In this document: in pieces, positions 1 through 12,575 of the stretch
How the letters are laid out: each line of letters begins with the position of its first letter
How positions within the stretch are numbered: the stretch's first letter is position 1
Assembly (NCBI RefSeq): GCF_001194135.2
Contig: NC_068994.1
Span: 41,450,049 to 41,514,048, forward strand
DNA length: 64,000 nt
Source of the DNA: Octopus bimaculoides
Taxonomy: Eukaryota
Reading direction: 5' to 3'
Position numbers and translations under genes: made by a program
Notes under the pieces: generated by a model
Seen by the model: the letters and a program-made list of their open reading frames with translations, nothing else
Told to the model about the DNA's origin: nothing
Database searches by the model: none

Positions 1-612
1 TATATATACATACATGTATGTATATATATATATATATACATACATGTATGTATGTATGTATATATATATATATATATATATATACATACATGTATATATG
101 TATGTATGTGTATGTATATGTGTGTGTATGTATGCATGTGTATTATATATGCACACACAAACACACACATATATATATCAGTAAGGGATGAAAGCCATTT
201 GATTTTTTTAATCCGGCCTCCAAGCAATTGCGACTGAAAACAGATTTATGCAGTAGAATGTGTTACACTTCTCAGTTGGTGTTTCAATTGTTTGATTTCT
301 AAAGTTTCCAGGCAAATTAGTCTTTATTTCACTTTCGGTAAGTAGAATCTAATTTGGAAATGCATTAGATATTGAGTGCAGACTACAGAGCAATTTTGCA
401 TCAATGCATATGTAATGTAGTTTGCAATGAGGTGTATGTGTGTGAGTAGATATGTTAAATACATATTAATGTGTCTATTGTATACATGTATGTGAGAGAT
501 AGGTAAGAGTAAGAGAAAAGCAGGGGAAGACAGAGAAAGAAAGATAGTACATCTTATGTACAAGAACACTAGAATGCTAAATGTAAAAATCAGCAGTACA
601 AAAATATAAATG

Positions 613-1003
613 AAACAAGAGCACTCAGAAAGCATAAACCTCTGCCAAGGCAACACCAACGTCCTCTCAACGATTAGCTAGAGATGATTTTAAAAATGAG
701 AATATCTGAAATAAACTTGACTTGCTCTTACAAATGGGAATACTAAAAATGAACCTGACTACTCTCAAAAATTATGTAAAAAAAAAAAAAAAAAAAACGG
801 AAAAATAATCCAGAATCTTTTTCTGGAACTGGGTTAATCCCAAAATCTAATCAGTTTGTGCTAGTCACGAGGCCAAACATCTCTGAAAGTTTCATCCAAA
901 TCTATCCAGTGGTTCTTCAGATGTCTTTTCCATGGACAACCTAACATACAAACAAGCACAACTGCAAACAACACCGCCACCTTCACTAAGGCGGAAGTAA
1001 TAA
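613..1003. mobile_element. Helentron-associated (HINE-like) non-autonomous element
   Basis: Starts aacaagag...acctctgccaagg and ends ccgcc-N11-ggcgg-aagtaataa (3' hairpin and subterminal inverted repeat). The layout resembles HINE/DINE-type elements; classification is by pattern recall. Confidence 0.45.
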
Positions 1004-1062
1004 GAGCAAATCATTAGTCAAGATAAGTGAAAATATTGTCAGTCAAAAAGCATTTCTAAATA

Positions 1063-1300
1063 CAGGGTGTTCATAAATTAACTTTACAATTTCCACACTT
1101 TATAGTATTTATTAAAGTTGAGATTTATCAATCAAGTTTGCAACCAATGGAGCCCATGTGGAAGCATTTTAATGTTTCTAATAAAACTTAACTTGTTTGC
1201 TTATGTTTTCAATAAACTCTGCTGAGTTATTCACAATTTTCATTTTATTTTTATTTAACTGAATTTTTTCAAACTGTAAAGATAATGTATAGACATCTTG
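1063..1300. mobile_element. Tc1/mariner-type MITE
   Basis: TA|CAGGGTGTTCATAAATTAACTTTACAATTT ... AAACTGTAAAGATAATGTATAGACATCTTG|TA: about 30-bp imperfect TIRs with a TA target-site duplication. Confidence 0.75.
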
Positions 1301-2039
1301 TATCATTGACAGAGTAGTTATTCATAAAAATTGTGACCCACTATGTGTTGTGTGGTTTAATTCTTTATTCGATATATGGGCATTTGTTTTTAACAATCAT
1401 TGCAAATATTTGTTCAGCTTCATAACAACAAATTATTGTGTCTATATAAATATATGCATTCAAACATGTGTGCATACAAAAGTACATACATAGATACATA
1501 CAAAAATCCTTATATACATACATCAATACCTATGTACATACATTCACGTGTGTGTGTGTGAATTTATTATCTCAGAATTTGATAGTCTATTCAAAGTTTC
1601 ACCCTGGGCTGTCAACTTTTGTTATAAAAAATATTTGGATCCACTCTACAAAAATTGAGTTTATATCAGGTAACATTTTTACTACATAAAATATATTTAA
1701 ACATACTTTACAACTCTTACATTAAGATGTAATGTATGCATGTATGTATGTATGTATGTATTATAGACATGTATGTACCTGTGTGTACATTTAGAAGTAT
1801 ACACAAAATAATGAATCCTCATTCAATAGAAATATTTTATTTGTGCTTATATATACACACATAAATGTGTGTATATATGTGTATGTGTGAGTGTACACAC
1901 TTATACAAATGCACACAAACATGCATGCACTTGAACACACACACATGTACACACCCATATATTGTCATGAGAATAAAGTTTTGATGTACAATATATTTAC
2001 AATGGATATCTTGCCCCTTTTATTCCTGTCATTCTTTAT

Positions 2040-2400
2040 TTACTCTTAATTGCTCACCCTCCTATTCGCTGTACACCACTTGCATTTCAAAAAATTGCAT
2101 TGATTTGATTTGATCAGTCTATATGCAATCTCTCCACCTTTTTATCGTTCTACCACTCTTCCCCACCACTCTTCTAATGCTTTATCTCTCACCTATGTCA
2201 CTCTTCATTGACACTCTCTCTCTCTCTCTCACTATTACCCTCCTCTATTGATATGCAAGACTCAGTCTTTCTCTATCATCACCTATTTTTATTGCTATCC
2301 AAACTGATCATGCTGTTTTCCTAATCAATTTACCAACAACTGGCATATAGCTATCACAGTTTCTCTCACATTACTAGCGTCCCAATTATTCTCTCACTCC
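2040..2400 (-). mobile_element. Highly degenerate RTE-clade LINE 3' fragment
   Basis: Minus frame reads VVGKSGRTIKRWRDCI*, resembling the RTE C-terminal GRP.KRW.D motif; multiple stops. Confidence 0.4.
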
Positions 2401-3329
2401 TATAACTCTATTTTACACTCATACTCATATTCTCTTCTTTCATCCTTAGTCAACACTCTTCCCATCTTAGTCATGTTTGCTTTGAAAGAATAGAGCCAAC
2501 ATTGAATGCAGAGGATTCTTTGGTTTAGCAATACTTTGATCAGTTTTCTATAAAGATAATGTTTCCCCATGATTATGTCTATAAAATTTACTTTGGGTTG
2601 GTTTGTTTGGATATTTATTTTGGAGTTGAAGTCTTTGAAGGTATTTATTAAGATTTTTGTCTTAATTTGCCCTAATTTGTGTCTATCCATGCTTTAGGAA
2701 ATTGATACACCACCTTTGCAATACACAACACAACAAAATAGGATTCTATAACATAATACACAAGCAGAAACAGAAAGGATTACTGTCCTTGAATGTCTAT
2801 TGTGTTACTGAATCATCTTTTGAATTCAATGGAAGACAATATATAGACAAATCATTTCAGAAAAACAACCTAAGGAAAACGTGATATGAAAAGTGCTATA
2901 CAGTTAAAGAGCAAATCCAACCAGTGAAATGGTGTATGAAATGGTAATAACCATAAATCAGTTTTTAACATAAATGATGTTAGACATGAGCTAAAATTAT
3001 AGCTATAGACAAAAGAATAAACCCTTTCCAGTCCATGTAGGATCAGCTTGAATTCTGAAAGGAGGCAGTTTACACCTGAAGATCACTGTAACCTGAAACT
3101 TCAAGTCATGAGAAAAAAATTCCTTTTGAATTAGTGTTGAGTGCTCTCTATCTCTTTCATTGATACACTGTCAATTTGAATGTATGGAACCTGAAAAAAT
3201 TTTATTAGGTAATAGAAATACCAACAGTATCTTGTTGATATCTGCTTATATTTCTTTATTTATATATTTCTTTGTTTGTTTATGTATTTTCTTTATTGCT
3301 GAGTTGAGTCACATTTTCACACAACATCC

Positions 3330-3760
3330 TTGTCTTTTTTTATATTTTTTTATCTGGCATTTAGTTACAGGCTTTGATATGCCCCGGGCACCTTTAATTA
3401 ACCCTCATCACTGCATCGGATTTCATTCCTGGCCTACTTTTAAACTGGTTAGCAATAATCATCAACTCAGAGCATTCCACCATCTAATTCTCATCATTTT
3501 CCCATTTAACACGACTGCACCTCTTCAAACTTTTCCTTCAATGCAACATTTCATGCATTAAATTCGCAGATATATTTGCCTCTCATCTGAACTTAGACCA
3601 TCCTTGATTACACATCCAGGAAATCGTACTTATTTCATTTTCATCCAATCACAGAGCTTTCCCTCTAATTTTATTATTGGAATTTTTCTGCTGCGTAGTA
3701 TGTTACTTCAGCTATCTGACTTGTACAGCCAGCCAGCATCTCAATATATAATTTACAGAT
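3330..3760 (-). mobile_element. Highly degenerate RTE-clade LINE fragment
   Basis: Minus-strand pieces ENEISTISWMCN, LKEKF and RIRWW match RTE RT C-terminal segments; frameshifted. Confidence 0.4.
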
Positions 3761-4536
3761 TTGTCTTCAACAACATAATAGCTCTCTTTTATTATTTCTT
3801 TAAATAACTACCAAAGTATTTTGCTATTCTAAAATATTTTCCCAGTATTTTGTAGAATTTATCTTTTATTTTACCTAAAAATTTCTTTACTTCTGTGTTG
3901 CTGTGAAATTCTATAATCTTAGACATAGATGATTGGATCTTCAAGGTGAAAACAAAAAAAAGAAAAAAACTGAGAAAGAAAAAGGAAGAAAGAATAATGA
4001 TTTTAAACATACAAACAAGACAAGGTCATGGGTTCCAGAGGAAAAGAATTGTCAATTCAATGGCCCTGTGACATTGATTGGAACTTTATTTGTTAAACAT
4101 TGAAAGATGAAGGGCAAAGTCAACTACTACTGGATTTGAACTTGGAATATAAAGAGCATTTTTCATTAATTGATCTACCATTTCTGCCAAGGCTTCAGTA
4201 AAACTATTATAAAAAACATTTGTGTATAGCTGCCTTTCAGAAAAAAAACAAAAACATACTGCATGATTGATCTTATTGATTCAAAGGGGGAAATATCCCT
4301 CATGTCCTGGGACAAGAGGATTTAGCCTAATTTTCTCAAAGCCGCCAAAACAATACAAAAGAGCCAATTGTTATTTCTCTCACAAACTGCATTGTAAAGT
4401 GAAAATAATCTTTGAATCTTTGACTTAAAAAGCAATCATGGCATAGAAAAGAATGTGTTTATAAATACACAGACATAGATATGCCACACATATCTGCATG
4501 TATAGTGAATGCTTGTGTGTGTGTATATATACATAC

Positions 4537-4590
<54 letters not shown>

Positions 4591-5532
4591 GCATGCACAC
4601 ACACACACACACTCACACACACACACTCGTACACACATTACTTGTTTTAGTTATTAGACTGCAGCCATACTGGGGTATTGCCTTTGAAGAATTTTTTAGT
4701 CAAATGAATTGAACCAAGTACTAATTCTTTTGTAAGGCTGGTACTTATTCTATTAGCCTCCTTTGCCTTGCTGCTAAGTTACAGGGATTTAAACATAAGC
4801 ATACCAGTTGTCAAGTGGTGCTGGGAGATACCCTGTCAAATAACAAGGATAAGTAAAATATATACCAAAGTAAAATAAATATTAGAATCGATATAGTAAC
4901 TAAAACCCTCAGCAGCTTTGCCTCAGCATAGCCACAGTCAAAAGAATAGCAGAATAAAGATTATCTCCCCTGCAAAGACAAATACTTTTTAAAGTTCCAC
5001 ATGAAATTTGCTGTCATCAGAAAATAGATTTTTGCCAAGGGATTCAGTTTGCTATTTTGCATGGTTTAAAACCTCATCAAGCATTCTGAACCAATGTAAA
5101 CAAGAAGGTCACAGACATACAGCTAGATGTAGTGAATTCTTTGTTTGGGTTCAAATATTAGGATGTGCTAGACTTAATCAATTATCACCATAATCTGGTA
5201 TATGTGCACCTTTAGCAGGATGCAGACAGTTGCAAGCACTGAGAGCTTGAAATCTGTGGTTTAGAGGCTGATGTCCAACACCCCTTTCATTAGTTTCAAA
5301 AGATCATAGGTACTGACGTTTTGGTTGTGACTGAACCATAACAGAACTTTCCAAAATAAACAAAAAAATAAATATATAAATAAATAAATAAATAAGTAAA
5401 TTGAGCAAAAAAATAAAGAAATGCAAAAATATAAACCTTTGAGAATATTTTATAAACCTTAAACTATGGTTCTTAAATTTAATCCAGATCTACAAAAACA
5501 AAAAAAAAACAGACCTTAATTTTATTCCTTAA

Positions 5533-5756
5533 CCCCTTAGCATTTAAATCAGTCATATAAATCCCAAATATCTTTATCTGTTTAACATTCAAACCAGTCA
5601 AATCTGGCCTCTTACACCTACCCTACAGTGTCATTCTAAAAACAAACTTTCACATCATTGAAAGCTCAAAGCTACAAGGTAATAATGCATAATTAATTCA
5701 AAGTAACATGAATGAATAATCATTGCATTTGACAGAATAATCTGAATGTTAAAGGG
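5533..5756. mobile_element. piggyBac-type MITE
   Basis: TTAA|CCCCTTAGCATTTAAA ... TCTGAATGTTAAAGGG|TTGA: CCC/GGG termini, about 16-bp imperfect TIRs and a TTAA-like target. Confidence 0.7.
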
Positions 5757-6655
5757 TTGAATGTCCCTCATTTGTTTTATATGTTGTGTCATGCTTAAAA
5801 TTACAAATATATATCCATGGAAGAAACTGAACCTGTGTTTTATGAGTTTAAGGCCCAATACTTTAACTGTGTTCAATTATCTCTCATATAGTATAATTTA
5901 ACTGCTTTTTTCTTTGTTTATGAATCTAGACTTCAAAAAATATTTCCATTAAGAAAGACTTTCTGCAATAAAGTGTTGAGAATAATTTAATTGTTGAAAG
6001 AAAAGTTAATAATAAACTATTTCTAGCATTATGTAAAAGACAAAAATGTGTAAAAAAAGAAAAAAGTAATAAATCAGAAGAAGAAAGAAAATACTTTGTT
6101 ATTGACAATTCTGATTATAAATGAATGAATGGATAAGATTTATATTGCATACAAATAGCTTCAAGACAGAAAGACTGGGCTGGTAGCACTGACAAAGTAA
6201 ATATATTAAATCCCACAAATGAAATATTGGTTTCCTACTTTGCTTCTAGTTGTTGCTTTTTTTTATGGTTTAGTCTGAAGAGGAAGAGCAGACCCTGATA
6301 CTCTTTTTAGAGCTTTGAGCCTTCCAGATGGAAATTACCCCCAAAATGGAAAATTAGAGGGTAAAAAATAAGATTTTGTAACATTAATGTCTGAAGTGAG
6401 AAAACTGCTGGCAAAATTTAAACTAAGTCTCAGGTCTTTTTCTAATAAAATATTTTGTCTAATATACTTTAGATAGGAAAACTTCCTGGGGCAAATATCT
6501 AACCTGGATAAAAAACCCACAGCCCAAATTAAAAAATCTTTGGGATGACAAAAAAGGAACAGAAATATTACTGAGCTGTATCTTGTAAAGGTCATTATGC
6601 CAATAATAATCATGTGCACTGGTTCCATTTCACTTCTTTTATTATTAAGCTAGTT

Positions 6656-6865
6656 TAAGGTGGTGAGCTGGTGGAATTTTTATTGCAAATGCTTAGCAGC
6701 ATTTCGTCTGTCCTTATGTTCAGAGTTCAAATTCTGCAGAAGTCAACTTTGCTTTCCATCTTTTTGGGGTTACTAAAATAAGTACCACTTGAACACTGAG
6801 GTTGATGTAACTGACTTACCCCAACCCCTGGACTTGCTCGCCTTGTGCCAAAAATTTGAAACCAT
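6656..6865 (+). mobile_element. tRNA-derived SINE, family A
   Basis: Head taaggtggtgagctgg, B-box-like gagttcaaattc, body ctttccatc...ggggt...aagtacca and tail ccttgtgccaaaaatttgaaacc; recurs many times in the window. Confidence 0.8.
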
Positions 6866-7818
6866 TTTTAAGCTGATAATTTAATTAAGCTGACAATCAA
6901 AGTTCTTTTGTTGCCATTCACATTGATTTCCTTCAATGGGATAGTACAGGGCTCAGGCCTTTCTCTTTGCGTCAAAACCTGACCACAGAGCCAGCCCTCT
7001 GCTAGTTTACTATAGATTTGACAAAACATTTTACTACGCTGGGCAATGCATGGTTATCACATGAAACACAATAATTCCTTGTTCTAGCATCCAAGGTTGT
7101 TTTAATAGTATTATAGACCAACCAGACAAAGCAAAGCACTGAGACCTCAACATTTGCAACCACAATATACATAGATCTTTACTGGATCCCCAGGCAACTA
7201 CCCATAGTTCTTATGCTTTGAGACAGGACTTCTCACATGTAAACCATAGACAATTGATGTACAAAATAAAATGGAAGAAATATTTTTACAGGAACTCAGT
7301 TTTATTAATGATTACAAGTTAAAACTAATTCTAGCTTTTTATATTTGTCTTATGTTATAGTAGAAAATACTTGTCAAAGGTACCATGCAGAGGGACTGAA
7401 TGTAGAATCTTGTGGTTGGAAAGCAAATTTCTCAACCACACAGCCATTCTTGCACCTAATATGTGTGTGTGTGTGTTTACATTTGTTGTTAAATCGAGTA
7501 TTGTGTTCCACTATGTCTCTAAGTTAACAGTTCAATATCTTTGAAGTTTCATTCCCCGGTAAAACTCCATGTATTTTAAACATTTTCTCCTTATGTTCTA
7601 TTTAAGGCACAAAAATTGTTCAGGCAAATTTCCCTCCCTTAGTTAAAGACCTGAAAACTGTGCAATCTGACCTCATTTTTGAGGCTTTTTTGTAGTGAAA
7701 AAGAGTTGTTGTCCCAAAAACATATTTTATTTGGTAGCTGAAAGATTATTAAATCTTTTTATACCTCATATGTCAAAATTGGCTACTCAGTTTTCGAATC
7801 CATAAGGAATATACAGAA

Positions 7819-7849
<31 letters not shown>

Positions 7850-8018
7850 CTGTCTTAAATATATAGATACCAATATTGTTTATGTAAAATATCGCAATAT
7901 AGTTGCTTTTTATATTTAGTTTACAAAAGTCTTGTTGTGAACTTGTGTGTTATAACATATCTTGGGAGGGTCATTATGTCAATAAAAAAATAAACACACA
8001 CTGATTCTATTTAGCTTC

Positions 8019-8055
<37 letters not shown>

Positions 8056-8329
8056 ATTATTGGTGAATTGCTGAACCATATAACCAAATTCTAACTAATT
8101 CATTGTTTGATTAAGTATTCAGATTGATTGACCAAATGATTAATCAAACAATTGATTAGTCAATTGGTTAAATGGTTAAACAACCAGATAATGATAATAA
8201 AAGACAGGAAATAGAAGCAGTACATGTGTTTATTATTGGCAGAATGACTCTCCTGAGATACAACAAAAGATAGAAATAATATTTTCATATATATATATAT
8301 ATATATATGAACTAAATGAATAACTGTTT

Positions 8330-8525
8330 CTGACAAAGACCCAAGATCTGAAATTTCATGGGAGTAGGTTAGTCAATTAAATTGATCCAGTATTTGGCAG
8401 CACATTATTTTATTGGACCCAGTGGATTAAAATAAAGTGGACCTCAGAACTTGAATTCAGAATGTAAAGAGCTACAACAAATGCTGTAATACGTTTTGTC
8501 TATTGCTACCACTTCACCACCCTTG
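8330..8525 (-). mobile_element. SINE family A, diverged copy
   Basis: Reverse-complement similarity to 6656-6865. Confidence 0.6.
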
Positions 8526-10644
8526 TATACAGTATTAATAATACAATTAAATTATATTGAGAATCAACAATACAATAAGTTGTAATTGAAATAATTTCTA
8601 GAATATTGTTATGAGAAAAGGAAGACACATAAATTTAGTCTTGAGGTGAGTCTACTAGTCTGATTCGATTCATAGTTGCAGCTATTTTACTTTGCATTGG
8701 TAACATTCAAAAGAACAGCATGAATACCACACAAATTCATTTCCTCTCCCCCTTTCTCACTCTCTCTCTCTCACTTACTCTTTTATAAATCTTCCTAAGA
8801 AAGAAATCAATTTAGAGAAGAAATGCTTAATTCCATATTCCACAAATTTCGAATGTAGCTATTAGGCAAAATGTAGCAAGGAATGTAACTTTTTAATGCA
8901 AGGGTGGCGGAAGAAATATGACTACATTAAAACAAAAAAAGCAAAATTAAAATTGAAATAAAAATTAAAATGTATTCATTTAAAATTATAAATTGCAAAT
9001 TGTAAATTGCTAGTATTGTATAAGGGATTGAAACAAAAAAGTTTTCTTCAGGCATTCACAGTCAAAAGGGGTGAAGAAACAACACTTAAGCAGTAAAGAA
9101 CAACTACACAAACTAAAAAAAGCAAAAAAATCAATCTAGATAATAGTAATGGTTTAAGAGAAGAATTAGTGAAAAATAACAAAAATTCCTCTTCACAAAA
9201 TGAATGGAAGCATAAAAAATATTTTTGATTCAATAAGAAACCATAAGTATGACACAGTTGTTCATAAAATAGCCTGATTAAGAATTTTCTTTCAATAGAA
9301 AATCTAACACAAGTATACCTTCTAAAATAGATGGTGTCATGGAATTACAGAGAAGGAATAGAGGCTTCTAATTTGTTCATTTTCTTTAGAAGGTACATAT
9401 TTATAAAATATTTAAGTATGTATTTACACACTCATATGTACACTCACATAGACATAAATACAGACATACCTTTATCTATGTGGGTGAAAGACCCTCAGTT
9501 ATGGCAAAGCAGAGTTTCAGTTTTCAATAAATCAATGAAATATTATGAATACTTTGCTTCATATGCTGAGTATGCCTCCCTTGTTGTTTGTACTCCAAAA
9601 TCTGAGGGATAATATGTGCATGTGCACGTGTCTATATGTGTGTGTGTGTGTGTGGGTGTGTATGCATGCAGATGTGTATGTAAATGCAGACAAACATACA
9701 CAATATATCTATACCTATATATAAATATATATATTTACATATATATATGTATATGATGCCAGGCAGTTTGATTCAACTCCACATTACCTAAGGTTTCTTG
9801 AGCATACTATATATATGTGCATATATGTGTATCTGTAAGTGTGTATGTATTTGTGTGTCAATGTGAGTGTATGTGCATACATACAATGCTTGCCTAATGG
9901 TAGTTCCAATGGGCATGCATAATTTATTTGTCAAAAATATGCACTGGAACTAAGTTACTTCTCTTTCATATAATGTCTACTATTTTTGACACCCAATAAT
10001 TTTCACAGTTCTCAGGCACTCACACTCTATCAGAACATATTCCAGGTATTTCTCACTATTCATTGCCGTTCTTAAGTACTTCCAGCCTATATTTTGTATC
10101 CATGATATTTGCTCTGCCTAACTCTCTTTAATGCATTGTATAAAGCCTTCAGGTTGTGCTTGAGAACATCTTTGTTGTAAAGTGCCTTAAAATTTTCATG
10201 ACCATATTTCTACTCTAATTACTCTGGTTATGTGTTTCAATTAATTTTGAAAATAATCAAGAATCTTCTTTATTATGCAAATATTTGGAACATAACATCA
10301 AAAATGGATTTTAGATGAAATTACAATGGATTGTCTTTATTTGAAGATACTAGTATGAAAACCATACAGCTTTTGAATATTGTATTCATTAGATTTCTCA
10401 ATGGAATCTTGTATGAAGATTTTTAAAATATACTATAAAACCATAACCAGAAGGTGACTTTTGTATTTTTTACCCTTTTTCATTTAATTCTTGCACAGGG
10501 TAGCACATCATGTCCTTAAGCAAGGCACTTCATTTCATGCTGCTCTGTCTGCTCACCTGACAATAAGTTCCAGTAAAAGCAACAAGTGTGATGAATTGAG
10601 AGGAAAGTCTTGTACATTAAGTCGACTAGGGTAAAAATCCCCTT

Positions 10645-10955
10645 TGGTCATGAATGTCCATAGGATTGCACCTAGAAAGTTACCCTCCAAAGCACAAGTT
10701 TGGGCAAGGTTGTTTTATGGTAGGCCAGCAGTTGCCTGTACATACCAAACTCCCCTCTCCATGCCACCCATGTTATCCAAGAGAAAAGCAAAGGTCGATA
10801 CAGCTTGGCACCAAGTGATGTTGCAACTCATTTGTACACCTGAGTGAACTGGAGCAACATGAAATAAAGTGTTTTGCTCAAGGACCCAACACACAGCCTG
10901 GTCCTGGAATTGAAAGCACTATCTCGTGATTGTGAGCCACTGAACCATGCACTGT
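10645..10955 (-). mobile_element. tRNA-derived SINE, family D
   Basis: Contains ctgagtgaactggagcaacatgaaataaagtgttttgctcaagga; related pieces at 13975-14050, 24955-25050 and 27940-28030. Confidence 0.65.
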
Positions 10956-11719
10956 TGAGAAACTTGGTCTAAATACTTGCAACAGAAAGGGTTGCATTAA
11001 AGGCACACATAAGCCTGGTGGTGGAACTAAAGTGTGTGATGCTATTACCTTGTTTGTACTAAAAGGGCTAATATCAAAATTTTAACTGACATTTTAAAAA
11101 ATATGCAGATATATTGAACTGTTTGCAAACTGATATTGTGATAAAATAATTAAATGTCAACGAAAGAATAAACCAATATGATATGAATTGTAGAGTTAAT
11201 ATAGATTGAAACACTGATTTCAGTATCAAATGACAATAAATCTGAGTTGAGAATGTCAGAATATTTGTTTATATCACTAAAGAAATAAATTTAGATGAAA
11301 ATTAAGAAATTCATCATCATCACTATAGCACATAGAACATATAACAAGAATCTCACAAGCTTATAGTGAAGCCATTTTTCAGTCACTGGACCTGCAAGAA
11401 ATAGCAGCCAAGGCTCACCCAAATCATAACCAATCAACTTAAAAAAAAACAGAAATTGTACATCAGGTAAGCATCGTCGTCATCGCTATCATTGTAGGTG
11501 GTGTCACTGTGGCATTATTGTTGTCATTGTCATTACCGTTGGGCTTCTTTAAGTAGCTGTGCACCAAATCACTCACAAGTCTTTGGCTGGCACTGGGCTA
11601 TAGTAAAAGACACTTGCACATGCAGTGGTACTGAACCTGAAACCCCATGGCTGGGAAGCAAACTTCATAACCACGGTGCCATATATTATTACCTATATCC
11701 CTCTTACTACACAGAACCA

Positions 11720-12370
11720 TTTGACTTTGTTTGCTACCCTTCATTCTTAATACTATCCTTTCTACCCACTTTCACATTGATAACTCTCAACCATATATCA
11801 TCTCCATCTCTTTCTCTTTCTCTGGTCCTTCTCCTAACTACTGTACCATCGTTAATATTCTGCTGGTCTTCATCTTCCCATTTTTCTGCACTGACAGTCA
11901 TTTCCTACCTTGCACCAACTCATATATATCGTAGGTCATTTTCCCACTTTTTATACCCCATCCACTACATCCACTCTTCAACCCTAACCCAATTTGTACA
12001 GTTTCTATCGGCTCTCCCCTACTTTTCCTGCTTATTAGCCCTCAGCACTTGTTCCTTATTAAATTCATTCCATCACCCATTATCCATTTTTAACCATCTC
12101 TTACTCTCCTGTACATTCTTCCAGCCTCTACCCACCTGTACTCCCCGTTCTCTTGTTCCCACTCTCTTTATGCACCCCATCCCCATTATTTTATCTCTTT
12201 CAAGCTCTAATCTGATTACTTACACCTTCTCTTCTGTAATATGAGTAGTCAAATAGCTCCTCTAAAGCCGTAACCTATTATGGCTTCTACTTCCATACTT
12301 AAGGCTCTCATCTTCAAGTATAAGCTCACTTCCCTTTCTACAGTAGCCCCCATTTATTTGAAGGTCTTGT
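11720..12370 (-). mobile_element. Degenerate RTE-like LINE fragment
   Basis: Purine-rich minus strand with TFK*MGATV (FKYLG-like) and GR*RP remnants. The plus-strand 248-aa ORF here is the antisense by-product. Confidence 0.4.
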
Positions 12371-12384
12371 TAGTGTTGCAAGCT

Positions 12385-12575
12385 GTCTGGTGATCTCAAA
12401 GTGATAGTTTCATGAAGTAAGTACCCAGTATGTGCTGTAAAGTGGTTGGCACTAGAAAGGGCATCCATGCCCAAATAGAAACAGTAGAGCACAATGCAGT
12501 CTTGGGACCCACTGGGTTTTGTCAAACTGTGCCAGCATGGAATATGGACTTTGAATGATGACAATGATGATGATG
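12385..12575 (+). mobile_element. RTE-tailed SINE/LINE 3' end with (GAT)n tail
   Basis: aagtggttggcactagaaagggcatcc...gccagcatgg...(gat)n; the same 3' end occurs inverted at 44025-44180. Confidence 0.6.

Noticed and set aside
2400-2884. Penelope-like RT motifs (FEFNGRQY on plus; VNFIDI on minus)
   Set aside because: The motifs fall on opposite strands and are too short to support a call.
11498-12244. 248-aa plus-strand ORF
   Set aside because: Pyrimidine-rich antisense frame of a decayed LINE starting inside a SINE; no domain signature.
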